Shown here: positions 1 to 8,366 of the stretch, in pieces | Layout: every line of letters starts with the position of its first letter | How positions within the stretch are numbered: position 1 is the first letter of the stretch | DNA from: Syntrophorhabdaceae bacterium | GTDB lineage: Bacteria; Desulfobacterota; Syntrophorhabdia; Syntrophorhabdales; Syntrophorhabdaceae | DNA: 64,000 nt | Assembly: GCA_963665295.1 (NCBI GenBank) | Contig: OY762209.1 | Coordinates: forward strand, 5,444,165-5,508,164 | Direction of reading: 5' to 3' | Made by a program: the position numbers and the translations under genes | The notes under the pieces: model-generated | What the model was told of the DNA's origin: nothing | What the model saw: only the letters and a program-made list of their open reading frames with translations | The model's database searches: none

Positions 1-1
1 G

Positions 2-148
2 CTAAGGAAAAAACGCGACGAGGCGATCAGGCATGAATTCACCGGCTCCAATTACCGGGACCTCGCGAAAAAATACCGCTTGACCGAGCGGTGGATTCGC
101 GAGATAGTAGATAACAGCCCCACCCATAATCAATCCCCCCTTTTCTGA
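2..148 (+). CDS. Mor/C-family transcription activator, C-terminal HTH (5' partial)
   Basis: Manual translation LRKKRDEAIRHEFTGSNYRDLAKKYRLTERWIREIV...LF* fits the Mor C-terminal pattern RD..I..EF.G.N..ELA.KY.L; located before the lysis genes. Confidence 0.8.
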   Translation, partial: LRKKRDEAIRHEFTGSNYRDLAKKYRLTERWIREIVDNSPTHNQSPLF

Positions 149-164
149 TTCTCTGAACAAAAAC

Positions 165-195
165 CCTGAAGTACACTTGTGAAGTGCTTCGGGGG
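165..195 (+). promoter_or_regulatory. candidate late-promoter activator binding site
   Basis: TGAAGT occurs twice and GAAGTAC..GTGCTTC forms an imperfect dyad, between the Mor/C gene and the lysis genes. Confidence 0.3.
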
Positions 196-254
196 ACTCC
201 CAAGAGCCCCCCGTGTTTTAATCTCTCATGACGCAAAACCCCCCTTTAATACCC

Positions 255-450
255 GGGAGCATGGAAGCCGTCCGACCCGGCCCCATGTTCCCACCTAACA
301 TGAAAAACCCACACACGCGGATAGAGCATAGGGTGCGGGGAGCGGCAGAAACGCCGCCCCCGACCCCTTAAACGGAGCCCGGCGTACCGGGCATAACGGG
401 AGTTTCCGGGGCCTCCCCGGGGCGCGCAAAGCTGCCCCGCTAACCCCCGG
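255..450 (+). ncRNA. putative structured leader RNA (four GC-rich hairpins) upstream of the endolysin
   Basis: Stems at 255-264/283-292, 331-346/353-366, 377-382/387-392 and 406-411/445-450 (the last enclosing 418-423/434-439). Confidence 0.45.
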
Positions 451-473
451 CGTAACAAAGAAAGGAGGAACGC

Positions 474-947
474 ATGAAAGACAATTTTGAACCCACGGTC
501 CTTTTTATCCTCAACGAGGAGCGGGGCTTTGTAGTGGATCACGCAGGGGCCACGAAGATGGGCCTCACCATAGGGCTTATGAAGGCGCTGAAGCTCGATC
601 TCAACCGGGACGGCGTGGTGGACGTGAAAGACGTCCACATGGTGGACGCCGAACTCGTGCGGAAGGTGTTCCGGACTGAATTCTGGGACCGGATTCACGG
701 GGACGATTTGCCTGCGGGCGTGGACCTTGTGACGGCTGATTTTTGTTACAATGCCGGTCCCCGGGCGGCGCTCACCATCGCCACCTACAACGATATCGAG
801 GTCTGTACCCTCCGCCGTCAGATGTATTACTGGACCCTCCGGCAGAATAACCCGGGGAAATACAAGGATGATTTCGACGGGTGGATAGGGCGCTCCCTCC
901 GTTGCTGGCAACGCGCTCTGGAACTTCAGGCAGGATACAAAAAATAG
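474..947 (+). CDS. endolysin, glycoside hydrolase family 108-like
   Basis: N-terminal EERGF..D.AGATKMGLT and LPAGVDL...DFCYNAGP motifs; strong RBS AAAGGAGG. Confidence 0.8.
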   Translation: MKDNFEPTVLFILNEERGFVVDHAGATKMGLTIGLMKALKLDLNRDGVVDVKDVHMVDAELVRKVFRTEFWDRIHGDDLPAGVDLVTADFCYNAGPRAALTIATYNDIEVCTLRRQMYYWTLRQNNPGKYKDDFDGWIGRSLRCWQRALELQAGYKK

Positions 948-959
948 AGGAGGCACGAT

Positions 960-1388
960 ATGAAACACCTTGTACGGAAACACGCGTTGGACTTCGTGAT
1001 TGTTTTGACTCTTTTTGCCATTGTGGCGTTTGGCCTGTTTAGCGGGTGCGCACCCACGGGTACCGGCATAAACAACCGGACTTGGGAGCAAACAGCAACC
1101 GACGCCTATCAGGCGACCGGGCTTGTGCTCTCAACGAGCAAGGCGACCCTCGACGCCCTGGCCGCTTCGGGCACCGTCGCCCCGGATAAAGCGGCCCAGT
1201 GCGAGGAAATCTACAAAATCGCCTATGACGCCTATATTGCGTGCGGCGATCTCCTCGCCACCGCGATCGAAACCACGGATACGGCCGAACGCGAGAATGC
1301 GATTGCCGCATATCAGGCCGCTCTTGCGAAGCTCCCGGGCCTCGTTGCCCAGGTGACGAAAGTTGTAGCGGAGGTTGAAAACAGATGA
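960..1388 (+). CDS. phage lipoprotein in the lysis cassette (possibly spanin-like)
   Basis: Hydrophobic signal with lipobox LFSG-C, helical Ala-rich body, RBS GAGGAGG. Confidence 0.65.
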   Translation: MKHLVRKHALDFVIVLTLFAIVAFGLFSGCAPTGTGINNRTWEQTATDAYQATGLVLSTSKATLDALAASGTVAPDKAAQCEEIYKIAYDAYIACGDLLATAIETTDTAERENAIAAYQAALAKLPGLVAQVTKVVAEVENR

Positions 1389-1603
1389 GTCTCGCGGCCG
1401 CAGTAGAACTGCTCGGATTGCTCCTTGCTCTCGCCACGCAGCTCCCCCAGGCGGTGGACGCGGTAGGACAGGTGATAAAACACATCGAGGCGCTGCTCGA
1501 CGGCACCGAAATGCCCATCGAGGACCGCTCTGTATTACTCGCCAAGATCAGGACCGCCCAGGCCATGCTGCCGAAGCCCGCAAGCACGGGAGGCGCCGCA
1601 TGA
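1385..1603 (+). CDS. small hydrophobic phage protein
   Basis: ATGA overlaps with both neighbouring genes; hydrophobic N-terminus. Confidence 0.6.
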   Translation: MSLAAAVELLGLLLALATQLPQAVDAVGQVIKHIEALLDGTEMPIEDRSVLLAKIRTAQAMLPKPASTGGAA

Positions 1604-2109
1604 ATAACCTTGACCGTTACGAGGCGTTGAAAGGCCAGCTCGAAACCGGGGACTTGCTTCTCTGGAAGTCCCATAGCGCCCTGGGGAGCGTCATTCGCCT
1701 TTTCTCCGGCGCGAACGTAAATCACGCGTCCCTCGTGTTCCGCATTGCTCCGTACGAGGGGTCGGAACACAGACGGTTTACTTCCGAGTCCCTGGAGCAC
1801 GGGGTTGTGTTGAACCTCCTTTCCAAGCGTCTCGCCGAATTCGACGGCGAGGTCTGGTGGTATCGCCTGAACGCCGATATGGCGGCACAGCGCGTCGCCA
1901 TAGGTGAGCGCGCCCTCCAGTATCTCGGCACGCCCTATGACTATGAGGCCCTTTTTCAGCAGGCCGTTGAACGCGTGCAGGCCGATCCGTCGCGGCTCTT
2001 TTGCTCGGAGTATTGCTTTATCTGCTACGGACTCGAAGGGATAGCGCCCAGGCCGGGCGACATGCCGGCCCTGGGACTCTTCCAGGAACCTATAAAACTC
2101 GTGGGGTGA
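1600..2109 (+). CDS. permuted papain-like amidase (YaeF/YiiX, permuted NlpC/P60)
   Basis: LETGDLLL, NHASL, LGTPYDY and LFCSEYC motifs with His before Cys; ATG at 1600 with GGAGG. Confidence 0.8.
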   Translation: MNNLDRYEALKGQLETGDLLLWKSHSALGSVIRLFSGANVNHASLVFRIAPYEGSEHRRFTSESLEHGVVLNLLSKRLAEFDGEVWWYRLNADMAAQRVAIGERALQYLGTPYDYEALFQQAVERVQADPSRLFCSEYCFICYGLEGIAPRPGDMPALGLFQEPIKLVG

Positions 2110-2113
2110 GACC

Positions 2114-2293
2114 ATGAAAAAGAACTGGAGAACCACACTCGCGGGCTGCATCATAGGGGCTCTTTACGCGGGCCTGACCGCCTTGCAGCAGGGGACCGTA
2201 AGCCTCCGGGACGTGGCTATCGCGGCCGGGTTCGGCGCGATAGGTGCCCTCGCGAAAGATTGGAAAGTCACGGGCGGGCAGGTGCAGCAGTGA
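2114..2293 (+). CDS. putative holin, 59 aa (not in the ORF track)
   Basis: MKKNWRTTLAGCIIGALYAGLTALQQGTVSLRDVAIAAGFGAIGALAKDWKVTGGQVQQ*: two hydrophobic segments with an NWxTT...AKD pattern; stop overlaps the next start. Confidence 0.65.
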   Translation: MKKNWRTTLAGCIIGALYAGLTALQQGTVSLRDVAIAAGFGAIGALAKDWKVTGGQVQQ

Positions 2294-2628
2294 ACGAACA
2301 CTGGCAGATCGTCGTCACGCTCGTCACGATAATGGCCGTCCTGGACGGCGCGTCTATCTGGGCAACCCGGTTCATCGTCGCCCGGTCATTTGCCGGGCAG
2401 CGGGATCAATATCGCGACCAGCTCGCGGAAGCAGCGCGGAAATGCGAGGAGCTTACCACTCAGCTCAACAACATCCAGGCCGTCGAAAAACAGGTCCTGG
2501 AACTGAAGGCAACGCTCCCCCTCGATTATGTCCGCAAGGAAGATTTCATCAGGCACGAAGTGGTGATAAACGCCAAGCTTGACAGAATATTTGACAGACT
2601 ACAAGGAGGAAACCTGTGCAGCAAATGA
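2290..2628 (+). CDS. membrane-anchored coiled-coil protein (Mu gp25 position)
   Basis: N-terminal TM, coiled coil, LPLDYVRKEDF motif; GTG start overlaps the holin stop. Confidence 0.65.
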   Translation: MNEHWQIVVTLVTIMAVLDGASIWATRFIVARSFAGQRDQYRDQLAEAARKCEELTTQLNNIQAVEKQVLELKATLPLDYVRKEDFIRHEVVINAKLDRIFDRLQGGNLCSK

Positions 2629-2930
2629 CGATTGACATTCAGAAAGCGCGGCGTGAAGAGTTGCGCTGGCTCATTCTACTCGCTCTCAATGCCGCGCGGC
2701 CCATGGGCACCTCTGAGGCGGTGATCAAGAACGCCATAGAGCCGGTAATACTCGACATTACGCAACACGAGGTGCGGAGCGAACTTGATTACCTTGAAGA
2801 GAGGAAGCTCGTCGCCACCTCCGACCGTGACGGTCTCGTTTGGCACGCGAAGATAAGCCGCTACGGCATCGATGTGGTCGAATACACCGTAACCTGCGAT
2901 CCCGGCATAAAGCGCCCGAGGCAGTGCTGA
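2616..2930 (+). CDS. Mu gp26-like winged-helix protein
   Basis: RREELRWLILLAL...ELDYLEERKLV...GIDVVEY..PGIKRP pattern; synteny. Confidence 0.75.
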   Translation: MQQMTIDIQKARREELRWLILLALNAARPMGTSEAVIKNAIEPVILDITQHEVRSELDYLEERKLVATSDRDGLVWHAKISRYGIDVVEYTVTCDPGIKRPRQC

Positions 2931-2931
2931 T

Positions 2932-3453
2932 ATGGCTCAACGCTCCAAAGTACTGAGCCTCCCGGACCCGGTAAAAAACGAGCTTGACAAGCGTCTCGTG
3001 CGCGGAGGGTTTTGCGATTACACGGCCCTGTCGGAGTGGCTCTGCGAACAGGGATACGAGATCAGCAAAAGCGCCATACACCGCTATGGACAGGCATTTG
3101 ACGAGCGCTTATCCGCGATAAGGGTGGCTACTGAGCAGGCCAGGGCGGTCACCGAAGCGGCGGGGGATGACCGGGGGGACCTGGGCGATGCTCTTACTAT
3201 GCTCGTGCAGGAAAAAACATTCCAGGCCCTCGTCGAAATGCAGAGTCTCAATCCCGAAAAGATCGACCTCACCAAGCTGGGCCGCATGGTCGCAGAACTC
3301 AACCGGGCGAGCGTGCAGCAAAAAAAGTGGATCGCCGAAGCCCGGGAAAAGACGAAAGCGACCGCCGAAGAAGTGGTCAAAGTCGCCAAGAAAGAGGGCC
3401 TTACGGAAGAGAAAGCACAGCAGATACGCCGCATGATACTGGGGATTGTGTAA
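2932..3453 (+). CDS. DUF3486 / Mu gp27-like putative small terminase subunit
   Basis: RSKV..LP, GYEISKSAIHRYG and C-terminal GLTEE..IRRMILGI motifs. Confidence 0.85.
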   Translation: MAQRSKVLSLPDPVKNELDKRLVRGGFCDYTALSEWLCEQGYEISKSAIHRYGQAFDERLSAIRVATEQARAVTEAAGDDRGDLGDALTMLVQEKTFQALVEMQSLNPEKIDLTKLGRMVAELNRASVQQKKWIAEAREKTKATAEEVVKVAKKEGLTEEKAQQIRRMILGIV

Positions 3454-3456
3454 CGC

Positions 3457-5013
3457 ATGGAAGAAACGTCACTCAGGAAAGAAATCTTACCCCGAACGGA
3501 ACCGGCCCCCGGGCTGCTCCTTGGATATCAGGCGTGCTGGGCCGCGGACCAAGCCTCTGTTAAGGTTTGCGAAAAATCGCGCCGGGTTGGCCTCTCCTGG
3601 GGAGAAGCGGCAGATTCGACCCTCTATGCCTCCGAGAAGGGAAACGGCGAAAAGAGGGACGTATGGTACATCGGATATAACAAGGACATGGCCCAGGAAT
3701 TTATTAATGACTGCGCCAAATGGGCGCGGGCATACGATAAAGCCGCCACGGCCATGGAGGTGGAAGAATATCAGGAAATAGACCGCGTGGAAAATGCCTC
3801 CGGGGAAGTGGTGGAGGAAAGAAACATTCTTGCCTACAGGATAACCCTCGCGTCCGGCTGGAGGATAACCGCCCTTTCGTCCCGCCCCTCGAACTTAAGA
3901 GGCAAGCAGGGCAGGATCATCATTGACGAGGCCGCGTTCCATGAGGACCTCGCGGGCCTTATCAAAGCGGCGCTCGCCATGCTTATCTGGGGCGGGCAGG
4001 TTCATATCATCAGCACCCATTTCGGGGACTCGAACCCCTTCAATACCCTTGTCCAGGACATAAGGGCGGGCAAGAAGGCTAAATACAGCCTTCACCGTAT
4101 AACCTTTGACGACGCCGTTGCAGACGGCCTTTACAGGCGGGTGTGCGAGGTCCTTCGCAAAGAGTGGACCGAGGCCGGGGAAAGCGAATGGAAACAGGAA
4201 ATCATCGAGAGTTATGGCGACGATGCGGATGAAGAACTGTTCTGCATCCCAAGTCAGGGTAGCGGTGTATGGCTCACCAGGGCGGTTATCGAAAAGTGCA
4301 TGTCCGATGAGATACCCGTGGTCCGCTACGAGCAACCGAAATCATTCGCGGAGATCGCGGACCATCTGCGCTTCGCAGAGGTGGCGGACTGGTGCAAGGG
4401 AACCCTTTTGCCTCTCCTCACAGAACTTGACCCGAACAGGAATTCGTTCTTCGGTGAGGACTTCGGCCGTACAGGGGACCTGACGGATATCGTGCCCCTT
4501 CAGGAACAGCAGAATACGACGTTCAGGGCCCCCTTTGTTTTGGAACTGAGGAATATCCCCTTCACCCAGCAAGAGCAGATCCTTTTTTACGTTGTTGACC
4601 GCCTGCCGCGTTTCCGGCACGGTGCTCTCGACGCCCGGGGAAACGGTCAGTTCCTCGCAGAAAGGGCAATGCAGAGATATGGCTCCTCCCGGATCTCCGA
4701 GGTGATGATATCCGAGAGCTGGTACAGGGAGGCAATGCCACGCTATAAGTCGGCCTTAGAGGACAAAGTCATTATGCTCCCCAAGGATTCGGACATCATG
4801 GAAGACCACCGGTTTATCAAGGTGGTCAAGGGCGTGGCAAAAGTCCCGGAAGGAAGAACCGCTGGCCAGGACAAAAAACAGCGCCACGGGGACGCGGCGA
4901 TCGCGGGGGCAATGGCATGGTTCGCCACCTATCAGGAATCATGCGGGCCGATCGAATTCGAGTCGACCGGCAGGATCCGGGAATCCTTCAGAATGGAGGG
5001 CTATCTCTCATGA
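3457..5013 (+). CDS. terminase large subunit (Mu gp28-like)
   Basis: EKSRRVGLSW Walker A, IIIDEAAF Walker B, ISTH motif, GEDFGR nuclease motif, RHGDAAIA. Confidence 0.95.
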   Translation: MEETSLRKEILPRTEPAPGLLLGYQACWAADQASVKVCEKSRRVGLSWGEAADSTLYASEKGNGEKRDVWYIGYNKDMAQEFINDCAKWARAYDKAATAMEVEEYQEIDRVENASGEVVEERNILAYRITLASGWRITALSSRPSNLRGKQGRIIIDEAAFHEDLAGLIKAALAMLIWGGQVHIISTHFGDSNPFNTLVQDIRAGKKAKYSLHRITFDDAVADGLYRRVCEVLRKEWTEAGESEWKQEIIESYGDDADEELFCIPSQGSGVWLTRAVIEKCMSDEIPVVRYEQPKSFAEIADHLRFAEVADWCKGTLLPLLTELDPNRNSFFGEDFGRTGDLTDIVPLQEQQNTTFRAPFVLELRNIPFTQQEQILFYVVDRLPRFRHGALDARGNGQFLAERAMQRYGSSRISEVMISESWYREAMPRYKSALEDKVIMLPKDSDIMEDHRFIKVVKGVAKVPEGRTAGQDKKQRHGDAAIAGAMAWFATYQESCGPIEFESTGRIRESFRMEGYLS

Positions 5014-5145
5014 AACGAAATATCAAAATATCGCCCACGGGCCGTACAACAGGCTCCGTGAGGGTAAACATACGGGTCAAGCCTGTATCGTGCGATGTGG
5101 GGGAGTTTCAACGGGGTTTCAACGGTACTACAGGGGAGAGGGCAA

Positions 5146-6648
5146 ATGGCAGATAAGCTAAAACCGGTCCTTGACGAGATCGCCACTGTGGAAAAGGATA
5201 TCTACCAGGACTACATTGGGAAGGTCCAGACCAACCCGGATAAGATATTGCGTTCCGAAGGACGCGGCAAGGGTATCGAGCTTTATGAGGATTTGCTCCG
5301 CGATGACCAAGTGGGATCGAACCTTAACACACGGAAACTCGCCGTAGTTGGCAAAGAATGGGAAGTCGTTCCCGCCTCCGAGAAAAGAGCGGATCAGAAG
5401 ATCGCCGATTTCGTCAAGGAAGTGCTCCTTGCGTGCAACTATGACGATGCGAGAAAGGCGCTCCTTTCCGGAATCGTCCTCGGCTTCAAACCCGCCGAGG
5501 TCATGTGGGAGTATTCCGAAGGGCAGGTATGGATAAAAGAAATCATCGGCAAGGCTTCCCGGAGGTTTGTATTCGACCTCACCCGTAGTCTTCGTCTCCT
5601 CACCCTTCAGAACATGATCGAAGGGGAGGAAGTCCCGGAATGTAAGTTCCTATGCTACACAAACGTATCTGACAACGGGAGCCCCTACGGGGACGCGCTT
5701 GGAAGGCTCCTCTACTGGCCCGTGTGGTTCAAGAAGAACGCGATCAAGTTCTGGATGGTCTTTGCCGACAAGTTCGGGAGTCCTACTGCAATAGGGAAGT
5801 ATCCCCCCGGCACGCCCCAGGCCCAACAGGACGCCCTTCTATCGGCGATCGACGCCATACAGCAGGAAGCGGCCATCAAGATACCCGATAACGTGGACAT
5901 ATCCCTCCTGGAGGCAACGCGGGGAGGATCGATAAGCTGCTATGACGGCCTCTGCGCGTTCATGAACGCGTCCATTTCCAAGGTCCTCCTTGGGCAAACC
6001 TTGACCACGGAGATAGGCGGTACAGGCAGCTATGCGGCGAGCCAGACCCATGAAACAGTCCGGGAGGACTATATCAAGGCGGACGCGGACTCCCTGTCGG
6101 CCGCGCTCAACCGCCAACTGGTGCGCTGGATCGTGGACTATAATTTCCCCGGCGTGACCCGGTACCCAAAGGTCTGGATCAGGACCGAGGGAGAGAAGGA
6201 CCTCAAGCCACTCGCGGACCGTGACAAGCTTATCATCGTAGACATGGGCGTGCCCGTAACCGCCGATTACATCTATAACACCTATGGGATTCCGAAGCCC
6301 GAGGACGGTGAGAAGCTTATAAATGCTCCTGCAAAGGAGCCTGTAAGCCCACAACCGGATCAGCCAAACCCACAAAATGATAAGTCCGCAAATTTTGGAG
6401 AGCAGACCTCCGGGATCGCCGCGCTTATCGAGGCGCAACGGAACATAGACGCTCTCACGGGTAATGCCGTGAAACAGGGTGAAATTGATCTCTCGGACCT
6501 GGAGAGAATTGTCGAGTCGGCGACGTCTTATGAGGATTTGCAGTCAAGGCTTGCAGAGGCGTACCGGTCTATCGGTCTGGCGGAATTTCAACAGACCCTT
6601 GAACGGGCGCTGTTCATGGCGGGCCTGAAAGGCAGGGCTCTCCCATGA
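5146..6648 (+). CDS. portal protein (Mu gp29 / DUF935)
   Basis: FADKFGSP..IGKYP and SKVLLGQTLTT..GSYAASQTH motifs. Confidence 0.93.
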   Translation: MADKLKPVLDEIATVEKDIYQDYIGKVQTNPDKILRSEGRGKGIELYEDLLRDDQVGSNLNTRKLAVVGKEWEVVPASEKRADQKIADFVKEVLLACNYDDARKALLSGIVLGFKPAEVMWEYSEGQVWIKEIIGKASRRFVFDLTRSLRLLTLQNMIEGEEVPECKFLCYTNVSDNGSPYGDALGRLLYWPVWFKKNAIKFWMVFADKFGSPTAIGKYPPGTPQAQQDALLSAIDAIQQEAAIKIPDNVDISLLEATRGGSISCYDGLCAFMNASISKVLLGQTLTTEIGGTGSYAASQTHETVREDYIKADADSLSAALNRQLVRWIVDYNFPGVTRYPKVWIRTEGEKDLKPLADRDKLIIVDMGVPVTADYIYNTYGIPKPEDGEKLINAPAKEPVSPQPDQPNPQNDKSANFGEQTSGIAALIEAQRNIDALTGNAVKQGEIDLSDLERIVESATSYEDLQSRLAEAYRSIGLAEFQQTLERALFMAGLKGRALP

Positions 6649-7790
6649 TCGAGTTCACCCCTCTTCCGTTTGATGAAGCAATCCGGTTTTTCGGGGATAA
6701 GGTAACCCTCGCTCCGGACAAATACAGAGCCCTCACCGCAGAGGCCAGGGCGAAGGCGTTCACGGTGGCGGGCGTGGCGAAGATGGACGTGTTGACGGAC
6801 CTCTACACGGGGATCGACAAGGCTATTTCGGAGGGGACCACTTTCGCGGATTTTCAAAAGTCGGTGACGGGCATAATGGAGAAGCGGGGATGGACGGGGA
6901 TGACGCCGTATCGTCTGGATAATGTCTTTCGCACCAACATACAACAGGCGTATCAGGCCGGGCACTTTCAGAAACAGATGGGGCTCGCCGACCGCCGTCC
7001 GTATTGGCAGTACGTGGCGGTGATGGATTCCCGCACCCGGCCCGCCCATGCGCGGATGAACGGTAAAGTGATGCGGTATGACGATCCATTCTGGGAAACG
7101 TCCTATCCGCCGAATGGTTTTAGATGTCGCTGCGCGGTGCGGGACTTGTCGGAGAGCGAGTTCGGGAGAGAAAAGTTGAACCTCACCGAAAATCAGGACT
7201 CCGTTGCCGACCCGGGGTTCGATACAAATCCGGGAGAAGCATACCGAGTGGACCTCGTCGCATGGGAAAAAGCGGAGAAAGCCCCTCGTCCGTTACAGGA
7301 AGCCTTCATGGACGCCATGGCAAAAGGGTCTCCCCGCAGGGCTGCCTTTGCAGATTGGGTTGACGAGATTGCCAAAGACAGAAAGGCGCGAGGAAAGACG
7401 AGTGTAATTGGATGGATGGACTCAGACACAATGAATTACCTGACTCGGAATGACGTGCACCTGTCATCACCGGTAATTACCGCTAATGACAAGAGAATAC
7501 TCCATACGATGCGAGAGGCAAAGGAGGCGAGAGGTAGCACTCTCTCCATCGAGGAGACAAAGGGCATCCCCGATGTTATCGCCGGATATGACGCGGTGCT
7601 GTGGGACACCGAAGACCCCGCCCTCGTGTATGTGTCGGCAGGGCGGGAACGCGACATCAAGATTGTCGTCAGAGTAAATTACAGGCTGAAAGGAGAACGG
7701 GAACCTGTCAATCTCCTTACGACCGCGGGGAAGGTTCAGAGAAAAAACCTCACAACGAAAAGATACCAGCTTATAAGAGGAGAATTATGA
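6645..7790 (+). CDS. MuF (gpF) minor head protein with a C-terminal extension resembling PBECR-type nuclease domains
   Basis: Y.AVMDSRTRPAH and YPPNGFRCRC MuF motifs end near GFDTNPG; about 170 extra C-terminal residues (ILHTMREAK...LWDTED.ALVYV...IVVRVNY...LLTTAGKV). Confidence 0.85.
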   Translation: MIEFTPLPFDEAIRFFGDKVTLAPDKYRALTAEARAKAFTVAGVAKMDVLTDLYTGIDKAISEGTTFADFQKSVTGIMEKRGWTGMTPYRLDNVFRTNIQQAYQAGHFQKQMGLADRRPYWQYVAVMDSRTRPAHARMNGKVMRYDDPFWETSYPPNGFRCRCAVRDLSESEFGREKLNLTENQDSVADPGFDTNPGEAYRVDLVAWEKAEKAPRPLQEAFMDAMAKGSPRRAAFADWVDEIAKDRKARGKTSVIGWMDSDTMNYLTRNDVHLSSPVITANDKRILHTMREAKEARGSTLSIEETKGIPDVIAGYDAVLWDTEDPALVYVSAGRERDIKIVVRVNYRLKGEREPVNLLTTAGKVQRKNLTTKRYQLIRGEL

Positions 7791-7897
7791 TGGGGCTGGA
7801 GGGGCGCCACATCCCTCATAGGGCGGTCAGCCTCGACGAAATCAAGGCCTCATGTCCAACTGGCCACGGCGACTTTCCAGTTGTCAGCCCCATCATT
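7787..7897 (-). ncRNA. putative antisense cloverleaf RNA (~110 nt)
   Basis: Perfect 12-bp closing stem 7787-7798/7885-7896 enclosing three hairpins; one C-A mismatch on the + strand is a G-U pair on the - strand; has its own promoter. Confidence 0.7.
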
Positions 7898-7903
7898 AGT
7901 CAA

Positions 7904-7931
7904 ATTATAACACAGCAAAAGGACGTGTCAA
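7904..7931 (-). promoter_or_regulatory. consensus sigma70 promoter, antisense to the late operon
   Basis: Minus strand reads TTGACA-16 nt-TATAAT with a TGn extended -10. Confidence 0.8.
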
Positions 7932-8366
7932 GTGGCCGATAGCTGGATAAGAGTTGAGATCAAAGACGAGGGGCTAAAAGACCTTCTCAAAAGCCTAAAG
8001 GAAAGAGTCGAGAACCCAGCCGAGGCGATGAAAGAAGTGGGTGCGATCGTCAGAAGCTCCATAATCAAGAATTTCCAGGAAAGCGGTCGCCCGGAGAAGT
8101 GGAAGCCGAAGAGAAAGCCCCGGCAAGGCAAAGTTCTCATCGACACCGCCCGGCTTCAGAACTCCATAAATTACAAAGCCTACGCGAACAGGGTGGAAAT
8201 AGGTCCGGATGCAGTAGTCTATGCCGCCATTCATCAGTTCGGAGGCAAAGCAGGCAGAGGCCATAAAGTCACGATTCCCGCCCGACCTTATCTCGCGGTT
8301 CAGGATGAGGATTGGTCGGAGATCAAGAGGGTAATCGAGAACTATCTCACGAGGAGGAACGCATAA
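7932..8366 (+). CDS. phage virion morphogenesis protein (Mu gpG-like)
   Basis: LIDTARLQNSI, YAAIHQFGG and IPARPYL motifs. Confidence 0.9.
   Translation: MADSWIRVEIKDEGLKDLLKSLKERVENPAEAMKEVGAIVRSSIIKNFQESGRPEKWKPKRKPRQGKVLIDTARLQNSINYKAYANRVEIGPDAVVYAAIHQFGGKAGRGHKVTIPARPYLAVQDEDWSEIKRVIENYLTRRNA

Noticed and set aside
7787..7897. Calling the cloverleaf a tRNA gene
   Set aside because: 12-bp closing stem, no TTCRA T-loop, no 7-nt anticodon loop and no CCA; kept as an unknown ncRNA.
7601..7942. 113-aa ORF as a MuF immunity gene
   Set aside because: Overlaps MuF out of frame, has low-complexity Arg-rich composition and runs through the RNA structure; not excluded experimentally.
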